Assembly (NCBI RefSeq): GCF_036321535.1 | Contig: NC_087452.1 | Location: 4,340,001-4,404,000, forward strand | Direction: 5' to 3' | Length of the DNA stretch: 64,000 bases | DNA from: Camelus dromedarius | Taxonomy: Eukaryota | Shown here: positions 38,151 through 51,160 of the stretch, piece by piece | Numbering within the stretch: the first letter of the stretch is position 1 | Layout of the letters: each line of letters starts with the position of its first letter | The notes under the pieces: model-generated | Told to the model about the DNA's origin: nothing | What the model saw: the letters and a program-made list of their open reading frames with translations, nothing else | Databases searched by the model: none | Translations under genes and position numbers: made by a program

Positions 38151-38608
38151 AATAATCTGAACCATAAAATAACTAAGTATAGTACTGGATTGTAACTCCC
38201 CAAACAAAACATGTAGACATGAGCCCTGGATAAATTAAGCTACTTTCTCCTTTGTGAACAGGGATCCTGGCTGCATGGCCTACAGGGAACCAAATATTTC
38301 AATTTTTCTCTCAATTTAATTACACATATCACAGAAACCTAAAATAATGTTATACTTGAGGCTGATTTCTAAGGATCTGAGTTACTTCTCAACTTCTAGG
38401 TCACTTGCCTATCTTTGTTTTGTCTTAGACAAATACGTTCCTGTGTTCTTCCACTAACTGGTAAATTATACACTAGAAAGTATTCTGATAGTCAAAATAA
38501 AAGCTCTCTCAGAAACTTTACAATGAAGTACTACAAAGAATTTGCATGGTCTTTAAAAAAGATCCTTTTAAACACAAATTTAGTACAATAAATTCTGAGT
38601 TGACCTAC

Positions 38609-38681
38609 CGTTAAAGGGAGACTCTTATTAATGGAAACGGCCTTCTTGTATGTCTGCAGCGTACAGCTGGCTTCTTCAAAT
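38609..38681 (-). other. PPARG: PPARG non-coding exon A2 (73 nt)
   Basis: Acceptor TTTTTAATTGTTCAG|ATTTGAAGAAGCC and donor CCCTTTAACG|GTAGGT. Both ends match remembered human exon A2 (ATTTGAAAGAAGCC...CCTTTAACG). Confidence 0.92.
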
Positions 38682-39400
38682 CTGAACAATTAAAAAGAAA
38701 CAAGACTGTTAATATACACACATATTCATAATTCTTAGGTAACCTAGGCTGCCAAAATGTACAAGCACAAATAAATGTATTTTCTCTGTTGGATTTCATT
38801 CTGAATGTTTGCTTTCCTTGAGCTTAGAAAACTTTGTATTTTCTGGACGTAACCAACAGACTGACTCATAAATCATGCAGGGCTGGCGGATCTTCCCAAA
38901 AAGGCATGGATTAGATTCACTTCGCCTACTTTCCCGATCTGTCACTGATTATGAGTCAAGGCTCTTTATCTCATCCATCTTTTACGACAAATTAATGATG
39001 ACACCCACATTGTTGTGCAGGCTTAAGAAAAACTAGATCTTAAAAGGATTAATAACCTCAAAAGAAAGAGGTGCGATAAAAGGTGTGCATAGCAAAGATG
39101 ACATTTAAGAAAATATAAGCTCACTGTCGCGGGCACACGGCTGTTAAGACTAAAGTAAACCTGCAGTCATGTGTCACAACCATTTAGGGACAGCAGACGC
39201 AGCCCATTCCACGTGGAGCAGATTTTTTAAAGGAAGATGCAGAGAGTAGATTATACGAGTAAATGTGCCAAAGGTCTGAGGACTTGTATCCTTGGCTCTT
39301 ACGAAGGGTGGGGGATCCTAGAATAGCTGTACATTCTACAAAGACAAAACAGCATGGAGTGCCAAGGCCTTATCATCAGGGCCTTAAAACACCCAACATT
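38682..39400 (-). promoter_or_regulatory. PPARG: Probable PPARgamma3 (P3) promoter region upstream of exon A2
   Basis: Positional: a promoter immediately 5' of A2 is established in human. A CATGTG E-box at about 39168-39173 is a candidate SREBP-type site. Boundaries are arbitrary. Confidence 0.45.
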
Positions 39401-40790
39401 CTGCACAGACTAACCTACCCAAACTTCTGATTTTTTATGTTTAATTTTGTATGTTTCCACTTGGAATTTGCAAAAACTATTTTATTATCCAACGCGTGGC
39501 ATAAAAGTAGTGGACCATGAATACAAAACGCTTTCCGATTTTGTTATTCCTACTTTGAAAGAATATAAACTACAGCCAGTGTGTTTTGTTTGATTATTTG
39601 CCTGTTTTCCTAGCCTTGTTTAGTATTTTTGTTTGGAAACAGAAAACCTCCTAATGTCAATTCAAATATTAACAATAAGGTATTACAATCTTGTTTTCAA
39701 AATGGGACATACTCCTCTATAGAAAAAGCGGCTTTGTCAGAGTTTAAGGCCTGTATGCTTTGCTTTCTGACTGCTGATCTGGATCAGAGCAATTTACTCT
39801 CTACGTGAAACACTCTCTAATTTATTAGTCAAAAATGAAAGGGGTACCCACACCAAGACTGCTCATTACATATAGCACGCCTAACACGTGAGAAACAACT
39901 TTATCTAAAATGGACTACCACTTTGACTTTTTCACCTCTGAGGTCAACTAAAAAGGGCTTAAATATGTGAAAACAAGAGGAAAGGGTATTAATAAAGAAA
40001 AATTTGAGCAAAATCTCTCCATGAAAAATTAAAGAATGTTAATCAAGGTTAAGATTAAGTCACACTAGGTCTTCCTGACACTCGTCCCAATTTCCCTCTG
40101 AAATACATATGAATTCATTAAAAAACAGACAGGAAGAAAGATTTCTGGGGACTGCCATCCATTTCTAGCTTTGAGCCCTAACAGTTGGATCAAACAGAAA
40201 ACTGGGCCAGTTCCTGTGACCCTCGGAGGCAGACAGAATTCTACAACCTTTTCCAAAGCCTCCTCCTCCCCCTGGTAAAATCAGTAATCTCCTTTCTGAA
40301 TCCATTCAGAATTGCATTGTCCGATAGAAAGCATAGTTTCCAGGCATAAAATACAGTAAGTAGGGCAGAAACAAGATCCATCCTGGGGACAATAAATATC
40401 AAGGATTCTAGTTCTTTCACGTATCCCCATCCGGTCAGTTAAACACAGACTGGTTTATATTCACGAGTCTATCAATCTTTCTACTCGGCTCTATGAGCCG
40501 AGAACCAGGCTGTGAAGGGTGCAGACCAGCCTCTCACATTCCAGCAGAGCCCACACTGGACCACCGGGGCTGTTCCTATCTACTCATCCACCTTTTTCAT
40601 ATCTGAGACAGGCCTCCTATCAGAATCTAAGCAGATAATGATGCAAGCCGAAGGGCAACTTACTCCATTTTGTTCGAAATGTTGTAAATGGTAAAAGCTG
40701 ACTTAAGAAATAGGAAAATAATTAAAAATGGAAACAATTGAAAACTTATCTAAGAATTACTTCCCTAAGAAGCTCTGGGCCTAGATAATT

Positions 40791-41110
40791 TTTTAAAATT
40801 GAAGTACAGTTAATTACAATGTGTCTATTTCTAGTGCACAGTGCAGTGTCCCAGCCATGCATATACACACATTTATTCGTTTTCATATTCTTTTTCATTA
40901 AAGGTTATTACAAGATATTGAACATAGTTCCCTGTGCTGTACAGAAGAAACTTTAAAAATTATTTTTTATATCTAGTGGCTAACATATGTAAATCTCAGA
41001 TTCCCAAATTTATCCCTTCCCACCCCATTTCCCCGGTAACCATAAGACTGTTTACCATGTCTGCAAGCCTGTTTCTATTTTGTAGATGAGTTCATAGTGT
41101 CCTTTTTTTC
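40791..41110 (-). mobile_element. L1 3'-end fragment (camelid type) with 13-bp TSD
   Basis: Family sequence, with TSD CCTAGATAATTTT at 40780-40792 and 41111-41123. Confidence 0.9.
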
Positions 41111-41269
41111 CCTAGATAATTTTATAGATTTTTTCTCAAATGTTCAAGAAAGAGATCACTTTCTCGCTATATAAACCATTTCCGAGTAGGAAAAAAAAAA
41201 AAGGTGACCAAATTAATTTTTCAAAACCTAACAAGAGGAAAATACTAGTCTCACTTCTAATATTGACTT

Positions 41270-41590
41270 AAAATTATAAATAAAATGCTAATGAGCAAAC
41301 TTAACAGTATACTAAAAGAATAATCCACCATTATCAAGTTGGATTTATCCCAGAAAGGCAAAGAAGATTTAATATTAGAATACCTATTAAGTGATGTGTC
41401 CCACCACTAGGTAAAATTTTAAAAGAAATCATGACTATCTCAAAAAAAAAAAAGCAAAACACAGTCAATCAAAAACCTCAACAAAATTCAACATCCATTC
41501 TTGAGAATATTTCCTTAAAAAAACCGAGAAACTTTAATAACAAGAATATTTATCTCAGACTTACAACCAATATCACCTTAACTGTGAAGT
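41270..41590 (+). mobile_element. Degenerate L1 ORF2 (RT-region) fragment
   Basis: AAAAGAATAATCCACCATTATCAAGTTGGATTTATCCCAG...ACAAAATTCAACATCCATTCTTGA. Confidence 0.65.
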
Positions 41591-41969
41591 ATTATGGCAG
41601 AATCTCCCAAAAGTGTGTTCTTTAGATAACTAGATTTCTTAAGATTTTGCAATGGAAACGCTTCCACCACATCATGAATTTGCATATGTTGTTCCCGTTT
41701 GGAGGTTAAGAAAGTACACGAGCGCCGTATACGCTCTGTAAGCCCTACAACTAGGAAAAACAGTGTCAACAATAACAATCTGCTTAGCCCTTTAACTCAC
41801 TGGTTCTCCAACTTACTTGTACTGACCTGTTCCTTCACTTTCCATTATGTCACTCCTCAACCCACTTCCCTGTGGTTTTTGCCACCCACCTTTCTACCAA
41901 AACTCAAGCTAAAGTGACACGTGGTTGTCGTCTTGCTAAATCCATCTTTGATTGATTTTCATTCTCTTT

Positions 41970-42130
41970 GTCCAATGGTATGCTGTTAAGTGTTTAACTG
42001 GCTCTCCTTGCAGGGAAAAATTCTGATTTGTAGTGTGTGCCGATTTCCATGGTGTAAATACTCCCACCATGACTGATTTCAGGCTACCAACGTGACGGCA
42101 CTGACGGCAGAGACAGGAAACGCGGGTCCA
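41970..42130. mobile_element. Probable ancient DNA-transposon (MER-type) fragment, family not assigned
   Basis: CTGATTTGTAGTGTGTGCCGATTTCCATGGTGTAAATACTCCCACCATGACTGATTTCAGGCTACCAACGTGAC resembles a recurring mammalian repeat. Confidence 0.4.
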
Positions 42131-42339
42131 GCAGCTCACAACCTTACCTGCCAAGCAGGTACAATCCACGCAAACACCGGCAACATAAAACAGTCAGGAA
42201 GCAGTGTGGTTGGTGTGGTTATTACCTTTGCTTTCAACATAACTTGTTTAATTGCTGGTATATACAATTTGGTTTTTAATTACAGCTGTGGATAACACTG
42301 GCTCTCAAAAATCCTCCAAATGTAACAGGTGACTTCCAC

Positions 42340-43130
42340 AAGCCAGTCGGAGCTGGCTCCGGCTCCGAGCCTGCTGCTGCGGCATTTGACATCCTGTTCG
42401 TCCTCTCCTCTTGAAACCATCCCTTCCCTTAGCTGTCCAGAGACCACTTTCTCTGAATTCTTATCCTTAACATATGAATATTATTTTAGTCTCTTTTCTT
42501 GGTACCTCTTCCAACTGAGCTCTTCTGGTTTTTTGTGTTCTGCAAGTTCCTTCCTGGCCTCATTCTTACCCATAAACCCATTTACTTGCTTATGGCTCCC
42601 AAATCCTAAACCCTAAGCACATCCCTTTGCTCAAGACTTCTAAATCTGTATCTCCAACTTTTTTTGAACACCCCTCCCTGAGTCTCTTCAGGAACCCCAA
42701 GCTCAACATCTCCTGAACTGACAACCCATCTTCTCCCTTTGAAGAATTAAGGAAGCACAACCCAACACATGCCTGGCCACCCCTTGCTCCCTGCAAGACT
42801 CAGAGAGTTCCAGGCTCGACTCCAGTCTCGCCAAGTGCATTCTAGGAGAGTCAACTCATAACCACAGGTAACTTTTCTCACACCCCTTTCCCCCACCCCT
42901 TCGATTTTTTTTTTTTTCACATCCTACATTCTCCAAAGTGTCTCCTTCAGCCAAAGCTCTTGCAACACTGTCTCCATTCCAAGCCCAGTAATTTCACAAT
43001 CTCTCCTTCCTCTCCTTCCCAGCACTTTATGATATACAGCAACTTAACTTTCCTCCAGCTTTTCAGGTCCAGCTCCTTCCGACTCCTTCTCCAATACTTC
43101 ATGACAAAAATCTAGGAACTGACCTTGTAA
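42340..43130 (+). mobile_element. L2 remnant
   Basis: GCATTTGACATCCTG...CTCCTCTTGAAACC..., GACTTCTAAATCTGTATCTCCA..., CCCAAGCTCAACATCTCC, in pyrimidine-rich L2 character. Confidence 0.55.
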
Positions 43131-43799
43131 AATCAACTTCTCTAAGGCATGGGGGAGCAGGCATTGTGCTGTCAAAGGAAAAATCTCTCTGGTGTCTTGG
43201 GGGAAGATGAAAGTATATGAACGCTCCCAAACAACTAATTTTTATCCAATTGAACTAAATACATGGGTCTGCCACCACCCTCCCCTCTCCCAAACTGCTG
43301 ACTGATTGCATTCGAGGCCAGACTCAAGATGAACCCATTATATCCTTCCCTAGATTATTACAACAGTCGTACAAAATTGGCTATTAAATTGATGTCTACA
43401 TCCTGAGATGGCAAATCAAAATGACTTTGAGTTAAGAGGAATTTAAGAGAAAGAGAAAGGTGTAAATAAAAAATATTCTAACAATAGGTGATTTTAAGTG
43501 ATGGTGGGATTTGTGAATATAAATGAAAGACTTAGTCATCTAATTCACCTTGTCACCAGTAACAAGAAGAAGTACTTTCAAGCTGCTTACCACTTACAAG
43601 ACACATAAACTGATCTGCAGTGAATCAGAACAACTAGCAGTTTAGATCCAATCCATAGCTACATCTGAACATGGTTATACTCGTGTGAATGTAACGGTTA
43701 ACAGTGGGATGGTGGTGGCTGTGGTCGAGTACAGCCATCTCGCTCTCTGGCAAGTTAAATATTGGAAAATCAGGCTCTTGTTCAAGTGTGCAAGTCAGG

Positions 43800-44006
43800 G
43801 TGGCTGGGTTCAGGTTGCCTGAGTTCAAATCCTAGTTTTATCACCTGGCAGGTTATGTTTACCTCTCTGTGTGTTTCTTCATCTGCAAAATAGAGATAAC
43901 AGTGTATACCTTTTACATATTGTTGGAAGAATAAAATGAGATAATGTGTGAAATGTGCTTAAAATAGAGCCTGATTCAGAGTAAGTGCTCAGTAAATATT
44001 AGCTAT
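43800..44006 (+). mobile_element. MIR SINE
   Basis: GAGTTCAAATCCTAG...TTCTTCATCTGCAAAATAGAGATAAC...AAATGAGATAATGTGTGAAATGTGCTT...GTAAGTGCTCAGTAAATATTAGCTATT. Confidence 0.85.
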
Positions 44007-44709
44007 TCCTATCAACTGCTAGGCTACTTTTTCAGTGCTTGAGATAATTAAGGAAGAGTCCTTTAGAAGGATGGGTAAAATGACAGTTAAGCTGAGGACT
44101 TAAATTGTGGAGCAGACCGAATGGGAAAAAAAGCATTCTGTACGCATGAAATCACACGGATACATTTATAAGTCAATCATCAACCAAGTTATCCCAATAA
44201 GTGAAATTACTCTAAAAAGTCATGATGACTACTTAGGGTTAGGAAGCAGACTGAGGCAGTAGATTTGAAATAAAAAGCAACAATTATTCGTTGTGCATCT
44301 GATATTTGCTAGCAGTGTTCCAGGCACTGGGGAAAAGAATGAACAAAGCAGACAAATATTCCAGCTCTTGTGTAAATAAAGACGTAACAAAAAATATTAG
44401 ATGATGGTAAAGGATCCGATGCTCTATCTAATACATCTGCCATTTGCAAAAAGAGAAACTCAGGTTGTTAACGACAGTTAGGACTTACTTCAGCAAGCTA
44501 CTGTGCTTTCCTAGGATTTATGAATTAAGGCCTATTGATTCCTCTTCTCTCAATGTGAGGATTAGTAACTCACTAGTTTTTTTTTAAAAAGTCAATCAAA
44601 ATCCATTTATAAGTGATAACCAATTTTATTTTCTCTCAGAAGGAGCAACATAAACATTCTGTTCACGTTACATTCAGAGTAAAAGGCCCTTTAACGTACA
44701 GCATGGCTA

Positions 44710-44900
44710 CTAGTCAGCAACGCTGTATTGTATAATCAAAACTTGCCAAGAGAGTAGAGCTTGAATGTCCTCACACACACAGAGAGGTTAGACTTGTCAG
44801 GTGACGGATGTCAATTACCAAGCGGAGAGCCACCTTTCATAATCATATGTTATTTCAAACCACCACGATGTACATTTATACCTCAATAAATTTTAAAAAA
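44710..44900 (+). mobile_element. L1MA-like 3' end
   Basis: ACTTGCCAAGAGAGTAGAGCTTGAATGTCCTCAC...GGTGACGGATG...CAATAAA followed by an A-rich end. Confidence 0.65.
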
Positions 44901-46339
44901 CCTACTTCATCATTTGATTAATCGATAAAAATACATACAATTTCCATACTACTGTTAGAGACCGAACCAAAAACAAAGGTTATTAGGAACTGGAAAACCA
45001 GAAAAGGAAGAGGGTCATCAGAGAGAGAGAAACAGAGACAGAAAAAAGGGGGAAGCAGAGAGAGAATACGGGAAACACCAGGAATGAACGTTTTTTAAAC
45101 AGTGGGGACAAGAGGGAGTGAGAACAGAGCTAGAGCAAGAATCGGGGGGCAGAGGAGGGCCGAGGGAGCAGGAAGGAAGAAGACAGGAGAGGAGAGTTCA
45201 GAAGCCAGAGGAGTCAGAAGCAATAACCACTCCTGTTTAGACTCAGCTGTTCATTTCGGACGTAAGAGCCATCCCTGGTATTTTAAACAGTGCAGAAACA
45301 AAGAAGCCGCCAAAATTACTGAGTCAAAAAGGGTTCACATTGATAATTACACATGGATGGCAACTTCAAGAAACTGAAGACTTGTTTTTTTCTCTAAACT
45401 CACATTTTCCTGATTTCTGTGCCTGTGCATATAGTTTTTCCACATGAAATGTTTTGTCCACTATCACCCCAAGTTCGAAGAACAATACTCAGTAAATATT
45501 TATTGAGTACCTACTACATGCCAGGTACTGTTCTAGGCACAATTCAAAATGTTACACAGATTTTCATGGAAAGTCTAAGCTGCTTTAATAACACGCAATG
45601 ACAGTGGGCTATTTTAATGAAACATTCTACCAGACTTGATGTGAAATGATTTTCTTCTCCCACAGCTAACCATTTTCTTCACCTGGTACCATGTGCACTA
45701 AAACAATCCTTATGAAGATAATAATCCTTATTGAAGTTAAAAGCATTCTACAATATCCCCCTAAATACAGTGAGGCTATCACTCTTACAGGAGTCCAAGC
45801 GCTCCAGGTCCGCCCACCTGGAATTCATCTGTGATCACTCTAGCCACCAAAATGTTGACAGTAATGGTTTGAAGCTGGTGATAACGAAGTGGAATAAGTT
45901 GAATAATAGGAGTTATGTGAAGTTTCATCCACATGAAAATGGAATCCCAAAGACATTTCCTGAAAGGGTAACCCATGCCTGGTCTTGTTCAACCAGGGCA
46001 TTACATCACAGGGGCCAGGACAAATGATTTAAGCTCAGCAGCCTGACCGTGATTTACATAACGCACTTCTGCAGAAATTCGCGTGGCTTGTGAAAAACAT
46101 CATGTGGAAAAGGAACTCACTATGAATATTAAAAATGGAAATAAACGGTGGCTGAGAAGGCATTAGAGAACAGCACTTTCTTTAAAAAGAACCTGTGGAA
46201 CTAACTGCACAGATTTGTTTTAAAATCAAATTTGCATTCAAATTAAAGGAAAGGTAATTATAGGCACTGATGAAAACGGCCACTTGGTATATACTGATGT
46301 TCCAATACGGCCAATTAAGGAAAATAGGAATAGAATCAG

Positions 46340-46415
46340 CAAAAATACTGAATCACTCTGCTGTGCACCTGGAACAAACACAATACTGTAAATCAACTAC
46401 ACTTCAATAAAAAAA
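46340..46415 (+). mobile_element. Short L1 3' end
   Basis: CTGAATCACTCTGCTGTGCACCTGGAACAAACACAATACTGTAAATCAACTACACTTCAATAAAAAAAAA. Confidence 0.8.
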
Positions 46416-46630
46416 AATATGTTCTACTAAGCTAATGTTATAGAACAGGGAATCACCTTAAAGTTGGAAGGGATTTTAAAAGCTCCTTAATGCATTTCTC
46501 CTATCAAACAAGACTTCTTAACAGGTGGCCATTCAGATTCTGCGTGAATATCTCCCCACTGGCAGAGGCACTCACTTCCTCACAAGGCAGCCGTTCCCAC
46601 TGCTGGACAACTGTAGTGGTCAGAATTCTT

Positions 46631-46759
46631 AATTTTTGGAGGGGGTGGTAATTAGGATTACCTATTTATTTGTTACTTTTGGTGGAGGTACTGGGGATTG
46701 AACCCAGGACCTCGTGCATGCTAGGCACGGGCTCTACCACTGAGCTGTACCCTCCCCCC
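46631..46759 (-). mobile_element. tRNA-Ala-derived camelid-type SINE
   Basis: Reverse-complement tRNA-like head, with perfect 10-bp TSD CAGAATTCTT at 46621-46630 and 46760-46769. Confidence 0.92.
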
Positions 46760-47149
46760 CAGAATTCTTCCTTTACACTGAGCTCACGGACGCCCCCCTG
46801 TAATTTCTAGGCACCCCTTGACAAGGACTATGACACAGCAGCTCCATAAGGGAAGGGTCTGCCCTGCTCACAACGTGCGGCACAGAGTCAAGTGCTGTAA
46901 AGATGAGCTAGTGGCTGATGACTGCCCCCCCGGGACCCGGTCACTAGGTCCAATCCATTCATCCTTTAGGGCAGTGGGGCTCGAACTCTGGCGTGAAGGC
47001 ATTTCTTTTCAATCCACTGTGGATCCTTTTATCAAATGCAAACCCATGAGCCTGAAGGTCATGACTCTACGCAAACGTTCTTCAATGCTTATCCCCAAAC
47101 CCGTACATACCTTGTGCTAGTCAGCAACCAGTGTGGTGCGGCGGCACCA

Positions 47150-47540
47150 GTGCACAGGCCGTCCTCCCAGGGCCCCTCAGCACTTTCCTGCGTCCCTCTC
47201 AGTCTCTTCTCCCTTTGTTCCAACAGGCCCCTCTCCTGCCTGCCCAGATTGTGCGATAGCCTCCTAGCTGCTCGCCCTGCACACTGCCGCCAAATTCATC
47301 TTCTGATGAAAGCTCTTCTCCCCAAGACCTGGAATCTCAACACTCCCTACGAGATAAAACCTACACTCCTTTGCCTGCATTCCAGGCCCTTCCTCAACTG
47401 ACCTTAAATCGATGTCTCCAATCCTATTTCTCACTCCGCACACAGACACATGGTCCACTTCAAATGGTCTCTGCAAAGCGACCCCCAAAGCCCTGCTCTT
47501 TCCTATTCTAGGCTTTGTTTTCTTACACTGGAAATTCCCC
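47150..47540 (+). mobile_element. L2 remnant
   Basis: GCCCAGATTGTGCGATAGCCTCCTAGCTG...GGCCCTTCCTCAACTGACC. Confidence 0.5.
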
Positions 47541-47574
47541 GCCCCCCCCTCCATAGGCCACCTGGAGCCCTGGA

Positions 47575-47995
47575 TTTTTATTTTTTAGGTAAAACCACCT
47601 ATATAAATGAATTGAAGTGTACAATTCAATGATCCTTAGTACCTTCGTTTTTTTTAATCATATGACAGTCTTATTTTTAACTTTTCGTGGACTCTCCACA
47701 CTGTGTTCCAAAGTGGCTGAATGACGGTCCATCCTCACCAGCAGAGTACAAGAGTTCCAGTTTCTCCAGGTTCTCACCAACACTTGTCTTTTGTTCCTTA
47801 GTACATCCTTACAGCTGTGCAGCCACCACCTCTATCTAGTTCTGAAACATTTTAATCATCTCAAAAGGAAATCCTGGACCCATTAAGCAGTCACCCACGC
47901 TTCCCGCTCTCCCTACGCCCTGGCAACCGTGAGTTTGCTCTCTCTGTGGATCTGACTGTTCTGGATAATTCATATTAATGGAGTCATATTTTGAT
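47575..47995 (-). mobile_element. L1MB-like 3'UTR remnant carrying a nested L1 ORF2 fragment (47643-47794)
   Basis: The 3'UTR sequence is split by an insert flanked by the direct repeat TCCTTAGTAC (47633-47642 and 47795-47804). Confidence 0.75.
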
Positions 47996-48304
47996 TCCTT
48001 TCTGTTTCTTTTCCTGTGTATTTTAAAGTCATTTTTCTTAAGGTTACCTATCAGTCCTTGAACTTCCGAGGTCCAGTTCAACCCCATCTCCACAGGCTTC
48101 TCCTGGGTGTACCCCTCCCTCCACACTGACCTTGCCATTCTCTGAGGTTTTTTTAGCATTTGTTTTCTGCCTCCTTTATATAATCACGTACTGCTCTGCT
48201 GACTGCTTCAACATTACCCGCTACCTTTTTTTTTTAAGCTGTTAGACTGGTATATTCTTAATAAAGCCCAAACAATATTTGTGTCACCTGACCTTAGTTA
48301 AGTT

Positions 48305-48655
48305 TCTTTTTTTTTTTTTAAACTGAAGTACGGTCAATTACAATGTGTCAATCTCTGGTGTGCAGCACAATGTCCCAGTCTTGCATATACATACATATAT
48401 TCGTTTTCATATTTTTTATTAGAGGTTATTACAAGATGTTGAACATAGTTCCCTGTGCTATGTAAAAGAAATTTTTGTAAGTGTATTTTTATATATAGTG
48501 GCTAACATTTGTGAATCTCAAACTCCCAAATTTATCCCTTCCCACCCCTTTTCCCCGGTAACCATAAGATTGTTTACTAAGTCTGTGAGTCTGTTTCTGT
48601 TCTGTAGATAAGTTCATAGCGTCACTTTTCTTCCCCCCTGGATTCCACATATAAC
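48305..48655 (-). mobile_element. L1 3'-end fragment (camelid type)
   Basis: T-tract + AACTGAAGTACGGTCAATTACAATGTGTCAATCTCTGG...GATTCCACATATAA, closely similar to the 40791 copy. Confidence 0.88.
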
Positions 48656-51022
48656 GTTACCCCTTTTTTGACTCACGTAGATTATAAAGTCCTTGCTCAA
48701 GGAGCTTTGGTATCTCCCTCTGTGCCTGGAATCTACTGAACCTGTGTGCGATGGATGCGCCGTGTCCAGCTGCCATGAATGAGGGGCAGGTAAGGAAACT
48801 GAAGCCTGGACCATCAGTGAGGGAGAGCGCTTCACACCCCTGCCTGCTCTTTGCCCTTCCTCCTCTCGTACCGGCTCATCCCTACCGCGTGCTTCTCTGC
48901 CGTGTGCGGTGGAGGTAAAGGCACAGGGCACTTCTCTGCCCCGGTAGGTAGGAGATGACAGGTGTGGCTGCAGGAGGATGATGGCAGGTTGCCCAAGGGT
49001 GGAGAGGGTGCAAAATCCCTGCATTGATCTCTTGCTAAGAGACTCCTACCTGCTTTCTTCATCCACAGATGAAGGCCTATGGAGAACAGTGGGCGGGCAG
49101 AGATGTCACAAGGCCTCATAAAAAAGAGGTTCGTCTGTTTGCTTTGCTTTCATATGTAAATCAGTTTCTTTGCCGGGTATTTTGATTTGGAGTGGCTCAT
49201 AAATGCATATCTACCTTGTAAAAGGAGATAAACTGTTAAGTAATTATGGTGATAATACTTGTGATTTATGTATGAAATGGCTGAGCATACAATTATTTTA
49301 TATATAATAAACAAATGAATAGGCCAGAACTATACAGTGCTTCATCTAACAACTGACAAAAAGTTGGAAAGGAAACCAGTTTCATATTATGCATGACTAA
49401 TAAGTCTAAATATTTTGTATCATGCATCCTTATGAACTTTTCTCCAGCTGTAGTACTAAATAGAATTTGTTACAGTTGCCATCAGAAGCCTCCAAACAAG
49501 AACAGAAAACAGTGTTCTGGCCCTTAGGCCATTTAAAACCTGTTCTTCTGACCAGAACAAGTAAAAGCTCCAACACAGAATGCTGAAGTCTATAATTAAC
49601 ATTTTTTCCCCTTTCATATCCCATTTGCCCGCTTTAGAAGAGCAAAATGGAAATTTCTCCTGGCATTAATTTCAGATCATTATGTGTTGCCAAAAAAAAA
49701 AAAAAAAAAAAAAGTTAAATAAAATAGAAATAAACATTTTAGAGAGCAACTTAGGGAATTTCCTAAATATGTGGAGAATGTTAGCACTGAGAATCCCATA
49801 CTGAAAAAGCACAAAGTTCTCAAAAATCAAACCAAATTTAAAAGTATTTATAAAGTACTTATAATGTGCCCAGTCCCTTATGTGTAGGCTGTGAATTAGG
49901 GAAGGTATGCGGGGCACAGATAAATATATATGAGAGGAGCAAGAAGAACCACAACTCCATTCCTACCCCCCAGGAACTAACAATCGCGCTTGGTACACAG
50001 AACTTGCACATAAAACATATAAGACCTGACAGCAAACATCAGCAAATACATCATGCAATACAGAATCTGGAACGCATTAAGTTACATTTCAGAGTAGATC
50101 TGCCTTCTGATTATGTTTTACTTCAGCTAAGGTTAAAATTAGTTTGCATTTTCTGAATTCAACAGCTGGTGGCCAGAGTTAAGTATTTCACACACATGTT
50201 GCATGACAAAGAGAATCAACCTGACATTTAAAACTCAACGAACGTGCTTAATAAAAATAAAACAACCGGGTGTACGGACTATGTTTTGGGAGGATCAGAG
50301 ATCGTTCCAGCAGGCATGGTCGAATATATAGCATGTCATCTGACTGGCCTAAAGACACAATAATGCCAATGTGCTGTGTTCAATCAGTTTGTTATTTTCT
50401 TAACTTTTACTGAGTGTGGTTATTGGCCTGCCTGGTGCCCAAAGCTGCTTCACTGACTCAGATGGAAAAGCACCTGTCTCACCATCCGTGAGGCCATGTC
50501 ACCAGGTAGGCAGATTCTGCTTCCTATATAAGGCTATCTCGTGCTAAAAAGTGAGTGGTGACTTGACAAATGTTTATGGATTCTGAATCAACTGTGGTGA
50601 CATCTGCAAAACTGCAAGGTTTTGGTTACACGTGCATTGAGATGCACTCTAATATTCCATGTCTACACATGAAAAATTCATTCTATTTAACTTCATATAA
50701 ATTCCTTCAAAGTCTACTTTCCTTATTATTTTCCCCTCAAAGTTTCATGCTGTTCAGAATTTATGTCTAAGTGGTCAATAAGGTAATTTCTGTGAATTTA
50801 AAAACAGAACTGAAATAGTAGTTAGACAACAGGACTGTGAATACCGAAGTTGGAAACAGCAATAATTAAACTGACCAAGGATGGTCATTTGAAGTGAGAT
50901 CTGAGCCTCCTCTTACTCAAATATTATATTCCAAATATGTAGAAGTTCTTAGTAGGCTTTTAAAGGAAAGTAGCTAACTTCATTTCCCAGGAAAAAAGTT
51001 ACGTTTTTTAAAAAAAATTAAT

Positions 51023-51160
51023 GGGGGTGAGGGTATAGCTCAGTGGTAGAGCGTGTGCTTAGAATGCATTAGGTCCTGGGTTCAATCTCCAGTGTGTCCT
51101 CTAAAAATAAATAAATAAATAAACGAACAAACCTAATTACTGTCCCCCTCTCCCCCCCAA
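51023..51160 (+). mobile_element. tRNA-Ala-derived camelid-type SINE
   Basis: GGGGGTGAGGGTATAGCTCAGTGGTAGAGCG...GGGTTCAATCTCC head, (AAAT)n and CCTAATTAC tail. Confidence 0.9.

Noticed and set aside
21113-49113. Exact 15-mer AGAGATGTCACAAGG at 21113 and 49099
   Set aside because: A few 15-mer matches are expected by chance in 64 kb, and the flanks do not extend.
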